From: Cetorhinus maximus
Lineage: Eukaryota
Direction: 5' to 3'
Length of the DNA: 64,000 nt
Assembly: GCF_964194155.1 (NCBI RefSeq)
Contig: NC_135900.1
Span: forward strand, 18,972,001 to 19,036,000
The translations under genes and the position numbers were made by a program. How positions within the stretch are numbered: the first letter of the stretch is position 1; each line of letters begins with the position of its first letter. Shown here piece by piece: positions 63,790-64,000 of the stretch. Below the pieces are notes generated by a model, which worked only from the letters and a program-made list of their open reading frames with translations, did no database searches and was not told the origin of the DNA.

Positions 63790-63970
63790 GATTCCTCTAA
63801 TCCGTTTTAAGACAATAAGAAGAGCCTTGAGTGAACGTAACGAACTCGAAGAATTTCTCCTACATCACAATTCAGATGCCTTTGTCCGCAAATATAAAAG
63901 CTGTTATCCTTCAGCAGTTTTAATGATTCATGTTGGCACCACTTCTGAGCATTTATCAAATTATATGGAT
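63790..63970 (+). CDS. nots: Nothepsin-like aspartic protease, coding exon 2 (propeptide); the gene continues beyond the window
   Basis: TTACAG|(R)IPLIRFKTIRRALSERNELEEFLLHHNSDAFVRKYKSCYPSAVLMIHVGTTSEHLSNYMD|GTAAGT. 181 nt, no stops; A1-family propeptide ending at the conserved L-x-NYMD intron. Confidence 0.9.
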
Positions 63971-64000
63971 GTAAGTTACCATTATCATTGATCGGAGCTA

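Noticed and set aside
63806-64000. Open frame on the minus strand running off the window edge
   Set aside because: It is the antisense shadow of the protease exon 2.

Overview
Eukaryotic genomic DNA, most likely from a cartilaginous fish (shark), judged from the repeat families and gene content; the species cannot be determined. The window covers the vertebrate FRS2-CCT2-LRRC10 block. It contains a probable upstream 3'UTR end (1-860), a complete 16-exon CCT2 gene (+, CDS 2671-24068, 535 aa, all introns GT-AG) and the intronless cardiac gene LRRC10 (-, 38560-39402). It also contains the first two coding exons (+, 49457-49512 and 63790-63970) of a pepsin-family aspartic protease that the ORF track misses; the propeptide best matches nothepsin. 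Much of the remainder is nested, decayed transposons: CR1/L2 LINEs, Gmr1-type Gypsy elements and solo LTRs, Penelope-like remnants, Harbinger-type elements and SINEs. The most notable extra signals are minimal hammerhead-ribozyme motifs in Penelope-derived inverted repeats, two short templated insertions copied from about 1 kb downstream, a CCT2 promoter repeat array split by a LINE, and cardiac and hepatic/oestrogen motif clusters. All calls were made by eye; no searches were run.
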